From NCBI GenBank assembly GCA_037442885.1, contig JBBIPK010000009.1:4249-68248 (forward strand): 64,000 nt of DNA. Reading direction: 5' to 3'. This document shows positions 31,917 through 40,873 of this stretch, in pieces (the stretch's first letter is position 1; each line of letters begins with the position of its first letter). The stretch is from Acidobacteriota bacterium (lineage in GTDB: Bacteria; Acidobacteriota; Terriglobia; Acidiferrales; 2-02-FULL-67-57). Under the pieces are notes generated by a model. The model did no database searches and was not told the origin of the DNA. It was given only the letters and a program-made list of their open reading frames with translations. The position numbers and the translations under genes are program-made.

Positions 31917-33449
31917 TTAGGGGAGCGTGCGACCCAGATAGATCCAGAGCCAGCGGTCCTGCACGCGGCGCTTGATTCCGAAGACCACGTCGTCGCCAGA
32001 GCGCAAGCCGCGCTCGGTTGCCCGGAACTCCTCCAGGGTGCGCAGGCGGCGCTGATTGATTTCGACGATCAGGTCACCGCGAACCAGACCCACCTCATCC
32101 GCAAAGCCACCGGGCTCGACTTCCCGGACGACCAGACCCTGGTCTTGCTCGGGGTCAAGGCCCCAGCGCTGGAGAAGCCCAGGCGTTATTTCCTCCACAC
32201 GCAACCCCAGGCGTCCGGCCTCGACTTCCGCCTCGGCCGCAGCCTGCGGCTCGCCGCACCGGTCCGGGAAGACCTTGCAGCGATCTTCGACGCGAACCGA
32301 AATGCTTTGTTTCTTCTTTGCCCGAACGACCGTGAGGTGCACTTCCTGCCCAACCGGCGTTGCCGCCACGAGATCCACCAATTCGTCGCCGCCGCGGATG
32401 CGCTGGCCGTTCACCTCGGTGATGACATCTCCCCGCTGCAGGCCTGCCCGCTCGGCTGGGCTGCCCGGTTGCACCTCATCTACGATGTAGCCGGAATCCG
32501 CGCCGAAACTTCGCAACAGCACTTCCCGCTCCGCGTCCGAGCGCCGGATGGATTGGACACCAATCGAGCCGCGCACAACGCGACCCTGGGCACGAATCTG
32601 GTTGTAGACCTCACGCGCGATGTTGGACGGCAAGGCAAAACCGATGCCGGCGTTGGCGCCGCTGTTGGTCGCGATCATGGTATTGATGCCGATGACCTGA
32701 CCGGCCAGGTTCACCAGCGGCCCGCCGGAATTGCCCCGGTTGATGGCGGCATCCGTCTGCAGGAAGCGCTGGAACTGCTCGGCGCCAAGAACCTCGCGTC
32801 CTTTGTAACTGATGATTCCCGCCGTGACTGTAGCGTCGAAGCCAAACGGACTGCCTACGGCGAGCACCCAGTCCCCTACCTGTACGCCGTCGGAGTTACC
32901 CAGTTCGGCCACGGGGAGGGATCGATTGGGGTTGATCTTGATGACGGCGAGGTCGGTTTCCTGATCATAGCCCACCAGTTCCGCCTTGTATTCTTTGCTG
33001 TCACCGTGCACGCGCACCGTAATCCGGTCCGCCTGCCGCACGACGTGGTGATTGGTCAGGATGTAGCCACTCGCATCCACGATGACGCCGGAGCCCAAGC
33101 TGGTTTCCCGGAAGCTGCGGGGTGGCCCGAAGTCAAAGAAGCGTTCGAAGAAATCCTCGGGGGATTCGGGGCGGGAGCGGCGCTCGCTGGGTCGGACGAT
33201 GGTGTCGGTGCTGATGTTGACGACGGCCGGCTCGACCTGCTTGGCCACCTTGCTGAAAGCAGTGGAGAGCTCCACCGGGGAGGGGATGGCCAGCGGAGCG
33301 CCCGCGTTTCCCGAGCCGTCCCGGGCCGCGCGCACCCCGTTCGACACCAGTGTCCCCAGGAGGATGCCAACGGCCAGCGCGGCCGCAATCGCCAGGCGCG
33401 TACCCCACCGTTGCCGGTTGAACCACTGATAAACTTCTTCTGGCTTCAT
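31917..33449 (-). CDS. htrA: periplasmic serine endoprotease DegP/HtrA (two PDZ domains)
   Basis: Contains the trypsin-like core (TNHHV...D...GNSGGPLVN) and two PDZ domains. It has an N-terminal TM/signal segment. Confidence 0.9.
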   Translation of the reverse strand: MKPEEVYQWFNRQRWGTRLAIAAALAVGILLGTLVSNGVRAARDGSGNAGAPLAIPSPVELSTAFSKVAKQVEPAVVNISTDTIVRPSERRSRPESPEDFFERFFDFGPPRSFRETSLGSGVIVDASGYILTNHHVVRQADRITVRVHGDSKEYKAELVGYDQETDLAVIKINPNRSLPVAELGNSDGVQVGDWVLAVGSPFGFDATVTAGIISYKGREVLGAEQFQRFLQTDAAINRGNSGGPLVNLAGQVIGINTMIATNSGANAGIGFALPSNIAREVYNQIRAQGRVVRGSIGVQSIRRSDAEREVLLRSFGADSGYIVDEVQPGSPAERAGLQRGDVITEVNGQRIRGGDELVDLVAATPVGQEVHLTVVRAKKKQSISVRVEDRCKVFPDRCGEPQAAAEAEVEAGRLGLRVEEITPGLLQRWGLDPEQDQGLVVREVEPGGFADEVGLVRGDLIVEINQRRLRTLEEFRATERGLRSGDDVVFGIKRRVQDRWLWIYLGRTLP

Positions 33450-33475
33450 TCTTTGGGCCTCCCCACAAAAACTAA

Positions 33476-33504
33476 ATTATACCACCGCCACCGGGACTTC
33501 AAGA
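33476..33504 (-). promoter_or_regulatory. candidate promoter with extended -10, TCTTGA-N17-TGG-TATAAT, for htrA
   Basis: On the minus strand, a perfect TATAAT is at 33481..33476 and is preceded by TGG. TCTTGA is at 33504..33499. GGAGG lies 7 nt before the ATG at 33449. Confidence 0.45.
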
Positions 33505-33707
33505 CCACCCTTCTTATTAGACTTTCATCCCTGCGAGAGCCCGGCTGGGTCCAAACTGTGCTATTACTCAAGTGGCAGGCGAGCAAGCCCGGGGGATGAG
33601 AGCAAGGCTGACCGGCTGGGAACGCTGAGCGGGCAGGAGGCCGGGGCGCGCCGGCCGGCGACTGAGCAGCGTGACACCTCCACAGGCTCGTTCGCGTGGG
33701 GCAGGGT

Positions 33708-33736
33708 TTTTCGAGCGAGCACTAAGCCGCTAGAAT
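33708..33736 (+). promoter_or_regulatory. candidate promoter, TTTTCG-N17-TAGAAT (CCGCTAGAATC)
   Basis: TAGAAT at 33731..33736 lies 27 nt upstream of ATG 33764, and the SD is AGGAAAGGAG. The -35 is weak. Confidence 0.35.
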
Positions 33737-33763
33737 CCTGGTTGCAGGAAAGGAGATACGCCG

Positions 33764-36700
33764 ATGGCTTTCCGTGAACATCCCGCCCCCAGCTTGCCTG
33801 AGGAGGAGGGCGTACGCATCGCCCGCCAACTCTACGGGCTCGACGCCACCGCCAAGGGGCTCCCCGGCGAGTACGACGACAACTTTCACCTTTTCGTCGC
33901 GGGCGGGGAGGAATTCACGCTCAAGGTCATGCGCCCTGGCGTCGAGTTCGACTTCATCGACATGCAGTGCCAGGCCCTGGCCCGCGTGGCCGAGCGCGCG
34001 CGGTCGCTCTCGCTGCCTCGCGTGTGCAAGACGCTGGCGGGAGAGGTCGTTGGCAGAGTCCGGGCCGCCGACGGGACAGAGCGCCTGGTCTGGATGTTGA
34101 CGTATGTCCCGGGTCGGGTGCTGGCCAAGACCAACCCGCACACTCCAGAGATGCGGTTCAGTCTCGGCCGTTTTCTGGGACGTATCGACGCCGCCCTGGA
34201 AGACTTCGACCACCCGGCGGCCCGGCGGGAGCTCAAGTGGGACCTCGCCCGCGCCAGCTGGATCCGCGACTACCTGCACCACATCCCTGATCCCGAGGGG
34301 CGCAAGCTCGTCAGTCGGCTTCTGACGATGTACGAAATCGAGGCCGCACCGGCGCTGCCGGCCCTGCGCCGGAGCGTGATTCACAACGACGCCAATGACT
34401 ACAACGTCCTGGTCAGCGAGTCCCGCACCGAGCCTCGGGAGGTGATCAGCGTCATAGATTTCGGCGACATGCTGCACACCCAAACCGTCGGCGAAGTAGC
34501 GGTGGCCGCCGCCTACGCGCTGCTGGGCGAGCGTGATCCGCTGGCGGCGGCCGCGCAGGTTGTGGCCGGATACCACAGGGCCTTTCCGCTCACCGAGCGA
34601 GAGATTTCGCTCCTCTTCCCGCTCATCTGCGCCCGGCTCTGCGTCAGCGTGACCAATTCAGCCTACCGGAAGACGATCGAGCCCGGCGATCCCCACGTCA
34701 CCATCAACGAACAGCCGGCCTGGGAGGCCTTGCAGCGATTGGCCGCCCTGCATCCGCGCTTTGCGCACTACACCCTCCGCCAAGCTTGCGGACTGTCTCC
34801 GGTGCCCGACGCTGAGTCGGTAGTGGCCTGGCTGCGCGCGCAGGCGAACGAGCTGGCGCCGGTGCTCGCCGATCTGCGAGGCTCGCCGAGTCTGGTCTTC
34901 GACCTGAGCGTGGGCAGCCTGCTCCTGGGGGCGAACCCGCAGGCGGCGGAGTCAGTCGCCTTGACGCTAACGCTCTTCGGGCAGATGCGCGCACAGGGTG
35001 CGCAGATCGGCATCGGGCGCTACGACGAGGCGCGGCTGCTCTATCCCTCTCCCGCCTACGCCACGGGAGAAAATCCCACCGATGAACGCCGCACCGTACA
35101 CCTGGGGATTGACCTCTTCGTCGCGCCGGGCACGCCCGTCCATGCGCCCCTGGCGGGAAACGTGCACTGTCTGGCCAACAATGCCGCCGACAAGGATTAT
35201 GGCCCGCTCATCATCTTGCAGCACGCCACCGACGCCGGCCGCCCCTTCTACACGCTTTATGGCCATCTGAGCGAGGAGTCCATCGGCAGGCTCACTCCCG
35301 GACAATCCCTGGCGCGCGGCGAGCGCTTGGGCAGCGTGGGCGCGCCGCCGACGAACGGCAACTGGCCGCCGCATCTCCACTTTCAACTCATCCTCGATTT
35401 GCTGGATCTGGACCGCAACTTCCCCGGCGTGGCGCTGGCCAGCCAGCGCGACGTGTGGCGGAGTCTCTCGCCTGATCCCAACGTCATCCTGGGACTCCCG
35501 GCGGAGCATCTTGCCTCGCGGGAGCCGACCAAGACGGAAATCTTGGCCTCGAGACGCCGGCACATCGGTCGAAACCTGAGACTTTCCTATCGGGAGCCGC
35601 TCCAGATCGTGCGCGGCTGGATGCAATACCTCTACGATGAGACGGGCCGGACCTACCTGGACGCTTACAACAACGTGCCGCACGTTGGGCACAGCCACCC
35701 GAGCGTCGTCAGGGCCGCGCAGGAGCAGATGGCCCTACTTAATACCAACACGCGCTATTTGCACGACAACCTGGCTCGCTACGCCGAGCGGTTGTGCGTC
35801 CGGCTGCCGGAGCCTCTCCGCATTTGCTTCTTCGTCAACTCGGGCAGCGAAGCGAACGAGTTGGCGCTGCGCCTGGCGCGGGCTCACACCGGCCGGGAGG
35901 ACGTCATCGTGCTCGAGGGAGCCTATCACGGACACACAACGGCCCTCATCGACGCCAGTCCGTATAAATTCTTTGGCCCGGGTGGCGCGGGGGCAAAAGC
36001 GTGGGTTCACGTGGCGCCGCTGCCCGACGACTACCGAGGCCCTTACCGACGAGACGATCCCGAGGCGGGCCAGAAGTACGCCCGGGAGGTTGCCCGGCTG
36101 GCGCAGGAGATCCAAGCGGAAGGTGGCGGCGTGGCTTGCTTCCTTTGCGAGCCGCTTCCCAGCACGGCCGGGCAGATTGTGCCGCCACCCAGCTACCTGG
36201 CGGATGCCTACCGCTACGTGCGCAAAGCGGGCGGGCTCTGCATTGCCGATGAGGTGCAGGTGGGCTTCGGCCGCCTGGGCAGCCATTTCTGGGGATTTGA
36301 GACGCAGGGCGTGGTGCCCGACATTGTGGTGCTGGGCAAACCGATTGGCAACGGCCATCCTCTGGGTGCGGTGGTGACCACGCCCGAGGTCGCTGCCTCC
36401 TTTGACACCGGCATGGAATTCTTCAGCACCTTCGGCGGGAACACCGTCTCCTGCGCCGTGGGCTTGGCGGTCCTAGAGGTCATCGAAAAGGAGCGTCTCC
36501 AAGAGCACGCCCAGCGCGTGGGAAGCCATCTCCTGGCCGGCTTGCGCGGGTTGTTGGACAAGCATCCTGTGGTCGGCGATGTGCGGGGTCTCGGCCTGTT
36601 TGTGGGGGTCGAGCTGGTTCGCGATCGCACTACGCTGGAGCCGGCTCCCAGCGAGACCTCCTATGTGGTAAACCGGCTGCGCGAGCGGGGCATCCTCACC

Positions 36701-36826
36701 GGCACTGAGGGACGATTTCAGAACGTGATCAAGATCCGCCCGCCCCTCCCCTTCAGCGAGGCGGACGCGGACCTCGTGGTCAAGACGCTAGATGAAGTCC
36801 TTCGCGAAGACCTGGCCCAGACCTAG
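33764..36826 (+). CDS. tri-domain protein: APH/hydroxylysine-kinase-like phosphotransferase, then M23 peptidase domain, then class-III PLP enzyme of the ETNPPL/PHYKPL (ammoniophospholyase) type
   Basis: 1020 aa. Kinase motifs are HNDANDYN (aa 207-214) and IDFGD (231-235). M23 motifs are HLGID (446-450), YGHL (499-502) and PHLHFQL (536-542). The aminotransferase part (about aa 600-1020) aligns by eye along its length with human ETNPPL ([39 protein letters not shown]-like [19 protein letters not shown]-Lys in [20 protein letters not shown]). Confidence 0.85.
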   Translation: MAFREHPAPSLPEEEGVRIARQLYGLDATAKGLPGEYDDNFHLFVAGGEEFTLKVMRPGVEFDFIDMQCQALARVAERARSLSLPRVCKTLAGEVVGRVRAADGTERLVWMLTYVPGRVLAKTNPHTPEMRFSLGRFLGRIDAALEDFDHPAARRELKWDLARASWIRDYLHHIPDPEGRKLVSRLLTMYEIEAAPALPALRRSVIHNDANDYNVLVSESRTEPREVISVIDFGDMLHTQTVGEVAVAAAYALLGERDPLAAAAQVVAGYHRAFPLTEREISLLFPLICARLCVSVTNSAYRKTIEPGDPHVTINEQPAWEALQRLAALHPRFAHYTLRQACGLSPVPDAESVVAWLRAQANELAPVLADLRGSPSLVFDLSVGSLLLGANPQAAESVALTLTLFGQMRAQGAQIGIGRYDEARLLYPSPAYATGENPTDERRTVHLGIDLFVAPGTPVHAPLAGNVHCLANNAADKDYGPLIILQHATDAGRPFYTLYGHLSEESIGRLTPGQSLARGERLGSVGAPPTNGNWPPHLHFQLILDLLDLDRNFPGVALASQRDVWRSLSPDPNVILGLPAEHLASREPTKTEILASRRRHIGRNLRLSYREPLQIVRGWMQYLYDETGRTYLDAYNNVPHVGHSHPSVVRAAQEQMALLNTNTRYLHDNLARYAERLCVRLPEPLRICFFVNSGSEANELALRLARAHTGREDVIVLEGAYHGHTTALIDASPYKFFGPGGAGAKAWVHVAPLPDDYRGPYRRDDPEAGQKYAREVARLAQEIQAEGGGVACFLCEPLPSTAGQIVPPPSYLADAYRYVRKAGGLCIADEVQVGFGRLGSHFWGFETQGVVPDIVVLGKPIGNGHPLGAVVTTPEVAASFDTGMEFFSTFGGNTVSCAVGLAVLEVIEKERLQEHAQRVGSHLLAGLRGLLDKHPVVGDVRGLGLFVGVELVRDRTTLEPAPSETSYVVNRLRERGILTGTEGRFQNVIKIRPPLPFSEADADLVVKTLDEVLREDLAQT

Positions 36827-36845
36827 GAGTTTGTGCAAAGGCACG

Positions 36846-36880
36846 CCTTCTCCCTTCTCTCTCTTTCCCTCGCCGCCCGC
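36846..36880. repeat. degenerate period-7 pyrimidine repeat (CCTTCTC x2, then TCTCTTT, CCCTCGC, CGCCCGC)
   Basis: Begins 20 nt after the stop at 36824..36826. Only the first two units are identical. Confidence 0.35.
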
Positions 36881-37024
36881 GCCGGTGGTAAAAACTTCGA
36901 CACTCGCCGGGCCCGCCATTGCGACCTGAGCTTGACGTCACAGGGCGGTTTGCGCATGATTCCGCGGAAAGGCAAAGTTGGAATCGGAAATTCCAGTTAG
37001 AAAGCGAGTGACAGGAGGTGACCA

Positions 37025-37789
37025 ATGCGCGGCCTCAAGGGCAAGAACGTGCTGGTGACGGGTGGAGCCAGTGGCATAGGCCAAGCCACCGCGACGCGTT
37101 TCCTGGAAGAGGGCTGCGCCGTTTGCGTCCTCGATCGCAACGCCGCGGCGCGAGCCCGCGTCGCCCAGGAGATGCCTGGGTTGACCGCGATGATTGACGC
37201 CGACGTCTCCAGCCTGGAACAAGTACAGACGGCCTTCGCAGAGGCGATTGATCGCATGGGCTCAGTCGACGTCCTCATCAACAACGCCGGCATTAGTATC
37301 CGCCACGACTTCCTCGAGATCACCCGCGAGGAGTGGGACGCCGTCCTGGCTGTCAACCTCAACGGAGTCTTCTACGTGGCACAGACCGCCGCGCGCCACA
37401 TGATGGACAAGGGCTCCGGCGTGATTCTCAACACCGCCTCCACGGCAGCTTCCACCGGCTACCCACACTATGCCGATTACAGCGCCAGCAAGGGAGGCGT
37501 GATCGCTTTGACCCGGGCAATGGCTTTGGAGCTGGCTCCCGTGGTCCGCGTGAACGCGGTCTCCCCCGGCTACGTACTCACCCCCATGCAGCGCGCCGAG
37601 TACACGGACGCGATGCTGGACGCCGTGAACCGCAAGATCCCCTTGCGGCGACACGCGAAACCGGAGGAGATTGCCGCGCTGTTTGCTTTCCTGGCCTCCG
37701 AGGACGCTGCCTTTGCCACTGGCCACGTCTATGTCCTCGACGGCGCAGAAACCACCGGGGGCCTCTGCAGCCAGTGGGTCCACGAGTAG
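37025..37789 (+). CDS. SDR family oxidoreductase
   Basis: 254 aa. Contains TGGASGIG, NNAG and YxxxK (YADYSASK). Confidence 0.9.
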   Translation: MRGLKGKNVLVTGGASGIGQATATRFLEEGCAVCVLDRNAAARARVAQEMPGLTAMIDADVSSLEQVQTAFAEAIDRMGSVDVLINNAGISIRHDFLEITREEWDAVLAVNLNGVFYVAQTAARHMMDKGSGVILNTASTAASTGYPHYADYSASKGGVIALTRAMALELAPVVRVNAVSPGYVLTPMQRAEYTDAMLDAVNRKIPLRRHAKPEEIAALFAFLASEDAAFATGHVYVLDGAETTGGLCSQWVHE

Positions 37790-37820
37790 TTTTCAAGCTT
37801 AAAGATAGGAGACTGAGCGC

Positions 37821-38582
37821 ATGAGGCTGAAAGGAAAGGTAGCTCTAATAACCGGAGGGACCTCGGGAATCGGCAGGGCCACCGCCAAACTTTTCGCCCG
37901 CGAGGGGGCGGCGGTCGCGATCACCGGGCGCAATGCTGAGCGGGGGGAGCAGGTGGTTCAGGCTATCGTCGCCAATGGCGGCCAGGCCCTATTCATACGT
38001 TCCGATGTGCGCTTTGCCGACGAGTGTCGCCGGGCGGTCGAACAGACTCTTGAGCGCTTCGGCAAGATTGACGTCCTGTTCAATAACGCCGGAGTGTTCC
38101 ATCCCAAGACCGTCCCGGAATGCACCGAAGAGGAATGGGACGAGACCATCGACTCCTCTCTCAAGGGCGCCTTCCTGATGTCGAAATACGTGCTGCCCTC
38201 GATGATCGAGCGCGGCAGTGGCTCGATCATCCACAATAGCTCTGGCTGGGGAATCCAGGGAGGCGACAAGGCGGCGGCCTACTGCGCCGCCAAAGGTGGA
38301 TTGGTGGTGATGGCCAAGGCGATGGCGATTGACCACGGCCCCGACGGCATCCGCGTGAACTGCGTCTGCCCGGGCGATGTGCAAACCCCCATGCTGCGTG
38401 ACGATGCTGCCAAGCGGGGCCTGTCCTGGGAGGAATACGCTGCCGCTGCCGCCAACCGACCACTCGGTCGCATTGGCACCGCCGAGGAAATCGCTAACGC
38501 GGTGCTGTTTCTGGCCTCTGACGAGTCCTCCTTCGTGACCGGCGAGGCGCTGGTCGTCGACGGTGGGGGCGTCGCCGACTGA
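37821..38582 (+). CDS. SDR family oxidoreductase (paralogue of the preceding gene)
   Basis: 253 aa. Contains TGGTSGIG, NNAG and YCAAK. Confidence 0.9.
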   Translation: MRLKGKVALITGGTSGIGRATAKLFAREGAAVAITGRNAERGEQVVQAIVANGGQALFIRSDVRFADECRRAVEQTLERFGKIDVLFNNAGVFHPKTVPECTEEEWDETIDSSLKGAFLMSKYVLPSMIERGSGSIIHNSSGWGIQGGDKAAAYCAAKGGLVVMAKAMAIDHGPDGIRVNCVCPGDVQTPMLRDDAAKRGLSWEEYAAAAANRPLGRIGTAEEIANAVLFLASDESSFVTGEALVVDGGGVAD

Positions 38583-38656
38583 GCAGCCCCGCCGCGCCGC
38601 CTGCGCAACTCTTTTCGGCCCTCTTCCGCTGACATCTGATTGCTGACCTCTGACCG

Positions 38657-39182
38657 CCGAGGAGAAGCGCGGCGCGAAGTGGCCGACCGCAATGATGTGG
38701 CCCGCGTAGCAGACGGCGCAGAAAACCGTGAACAGGTCGCCTCGATTGATGACAAACCGTTCCGCAGGGATCGTGAGGAAATAGAGGCCTGCCACGGCCA
38801 TCACGACGCCAGCGGCTGGGCCGAGATGAATCCGGCGCCCGAAAAACAAGGCGAGAAACAGAGGAACCAAGGCTACAGACAACCCGGTGATGAAGGCGGA
38901 TTTGGCGGGAGTTGTATACTGCAGTCCGATTGTCTGGAAACTGAACCCCGCAGCCAGAAACGCCCCAATCACGATTCCGGCCTGCGCGAGTCCGGCCTGG
39001 CGCAGACCCGCCCGGCGGCCTGCGACCAGCAGCAACACGGCCAATGCCAAGCAGAAGCGCAGGAGCAAGAAGAGAAGAGGAGAAGCGTAGGCGAGCGCAT
39101 CCTTGACGACGACAAAGGTGCTGCCCCAGACAAAGCTGATGAAGGCCAGCAGCAGGTCGGCCTCGAGGCGTTTGCGGGTCAA
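38657..39182 (-). pseudogene. EamA/DMT transporter, first 5-TM half only; the ORF lacks a stop and continues antisense through the SDR gene to 37989
   Basis: The first ~175 aa of track ORF 37989..39182 are typical EamA (LLAFISFVWGSTFVVVKDAL..., five hydrophobic segments). After ...GHIIAVGHFAPRFSS the sequence becomes non-membrane and R/G/A-rich and is antisense to 37821..38582. Confidence 0.55.
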
Positions 39183-40873
39183 TCCCGGCTGCCCTCGGGG
39201 GTTGCGGGGTGGGGGTGCAGGCGATCGAAAACGATCTTGCCCCCGACCACGGTCATCAACACCTGCACGCGCAGGAGATCGCGGGGCGGGAGTCGCGTCA
39301 GATCGTGCGAGAGGACGATGAAGTCAGCGAACATGCCCGGCGCGAGCGTTCCCTTGCGGTGGTTTTCGAATTCTGCGGCGGCTGAGCCTTGCGTGTAGGC
39401 TCGGATCGCGTCTTCCAGGGTGATTTTCTCCTCCGGTACCCAGCCACCCGCTGGCCCGCCATCTTCAAACTCGCGGGTGACGGCGGCGTAGAGGCCACGG
39501 AAGGGATTGATCAACTCGACCGGGTAATCGGTGCCAAACGCCAGGACGGGGCTGTCCCGGAGGAGAGTCTTCCAGGGATAGGCTTCGCGCAGGCGAGCAG
39601 GGCCGAGCAGGGCCGGAGCCCAGCGCATGTCGCTCAGGATGTGGCTGGGCTGCATGGAGGCAATCACGCCGAGCTCGCCGAAGCGCGGGGCATCGTCGGG
39701 ATGCACGAATTGAGCATGCTCGATCTTGTGACGCGCATCACGCCGCGTGGGATTGGCGGCGCGGGCGGCGGCGAAGGCATCCAGCGCGACCCGGACGGCG
39801 CGGTCGCCAATGGCGTGGAGCGTGATCTGGAAGCCGGCCGCGTCCCGTTCGATCACCATCTGCTTCAACTGTTCAGGCTCGTAGAGCAGGATGCCGCGGT
39901 TGTTGGGCTCGTCGGAGAAGGGCTCGAGCATCGCCGCCGAATGGGAGCCGCCGCTGCCGTCGGTGACACCCTTCAAGGCGCCGGTCTTGAGCCAGGGATC
40001 GCTGGTACCGCCCTGCTCGCGGCGGGCTTTCAGCGTTTCCAGGGGCGCATTGAAGGCCAGCCATTCGGTAACGCGCGCGGTCAGCTTGCCTTCTTGCTTC
40101 AACTCCTGCAGGGCGAGAAAGTCCTCCCAGGAGGAGTTGTCTTGCAACGAAGTTACGCCATTCTGTGCGGCCTCGCGGAGTGCAAGTTCCAGGCCGCGTT
40201 TCCGCTGCTCAGGCGTCGGCTCGGGGATGTGCCGCGCGACCAGCCCTTCGGCTCTCTCTTTGAGCCAGCCGGTCGGCTCGCCCGTGGCGTCGCGCACAAT
40301 GTCGCCGCCTTCCGGATTGGGGGTGTCGCGGGTGATACCGGCGATGGTGAGCGCCAGTGAGTTCGCGACCGAGGAGTGGCCATCGACCCGCTCCAAGAGC
40401 ATGGGATGCTGCGTGGTAACGGCGTCGAGGTCGGCGCGGGTAGGGATGCGCGGCTCCGGCCAGAGCGAGTGGTCCCAGCCGCGCCCCACAATCCACTGAC
40501 CGGGGGCAAATTCCGACAGCCGGGCACGAATCCGTTCTTGCATCTCGGCCAGGGAGCGCGCGCCGGTCAAGTCCACCGTCAGCTTGCTGCGGCCTGCGCC
40601 GCCCAAGTGAACGTGAGCATCATTGAACCCGGGCATGACGAAGCGGCCTTGCAGGTCGAGAAGGCGAGTCTTGGGTCCGATCCAGCGCTGGACTTGCTTG
40701 CGCGTCCCGGCGGCAACGATGCGCTCGCCCTGGATCGCCAGTGCTTCCACCCGTCCCAGAGTTCGCGTCCCGGTGTAGATGACCCCGTTCTGAAGAACGA
40801 GATCGGCCTGCTGCGCCGCGGCGGACGGCGCAAGGAGCAGCAGAAACAGAAATACCCGGCCCATCCACGTCAT
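39179..40873 (-). CDS. secreted amidohydrolase (YtcJ-like, Amidohydro_3 type)
   Basis: From ATG 40873 (ATGA overlap with the upstream stop) the sequence has a signal peptide MTWMGRVFLFLLLLAPSAAAQQ, then ADLVLQNGVIYTG, then PGFNDAHVHL (HxH metal site), then a C-terminal ...DFIVLSHD. Confidence 0.85.
   Translation of the reverse strand: MTWMGRVFLFLLLLAPSAAAQQADLVLQNGVIYTGTRTLGRVEALAIQGERIVAAGTRKQVQRWIGPKTRLLDLQGRFVMPGFNDAHVHLGGAGRSKLTVDLTGARSLAEMQERIRARLSEFAPGQWIVGRGWDHSLWPEPRIPTRADLDAVTTQHPMLLERVDGHSSVANSLALTIAGITRDTPNPEGGDIVRDATGEPTGWLKERAEGLVARHIPEPTPEQRKRGLELALREAAQNGVTSLQDNSSWEDFLALQELKQEGKLTARVTEWLAFNAPLETLKARREQGGTSDPWLKTGALKGVTDGSGGSHSAAMLEPFSDEPNNRGILLYEPEQLKQMVIERDAAGFQITLHAIGDRAVRVALDAFAAARAANPTRRDARHKIEHAQFVHPDDAPRFGELGVIASMQPSHILSDMRWAPALLGPARLREAYPWKTLLRDSPVLAFGTDYPVELINPFRGLYAAVTREFEDGGPAGGWVPEEKITLEDAIRAYTQGSAAAEFENHRKGTLAPGMFADFIVLSHDLTRLPPRDLLRVQVLMTVVGGKIVFDRLHPHPATPEGSRD

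Noticed and set aside
31719-33599. 626-aa plus-strand ORF covering the whole htrA locus.
   Set aside because: It is antisense to a well-supported HtrA gene, is R/G/A/P-rich low-complexity sequence, and has no recognisable motif. This is a typical shadow ORF of high-GC DNA.
33541-33711. Possible small RNA in the 314-bp htrA-divergent region: direct repeat CCGGCTGGG at 33541 and 33612, and a G-rich segment followed by TTTTT at 33707..33711.
   Set aside because: I found no convincing stem preceding the T-run. The T-run coincides with the -35/UP region of the TAGAAT promoter for the gene at 33764. I noted no promoter for an independent transcript.
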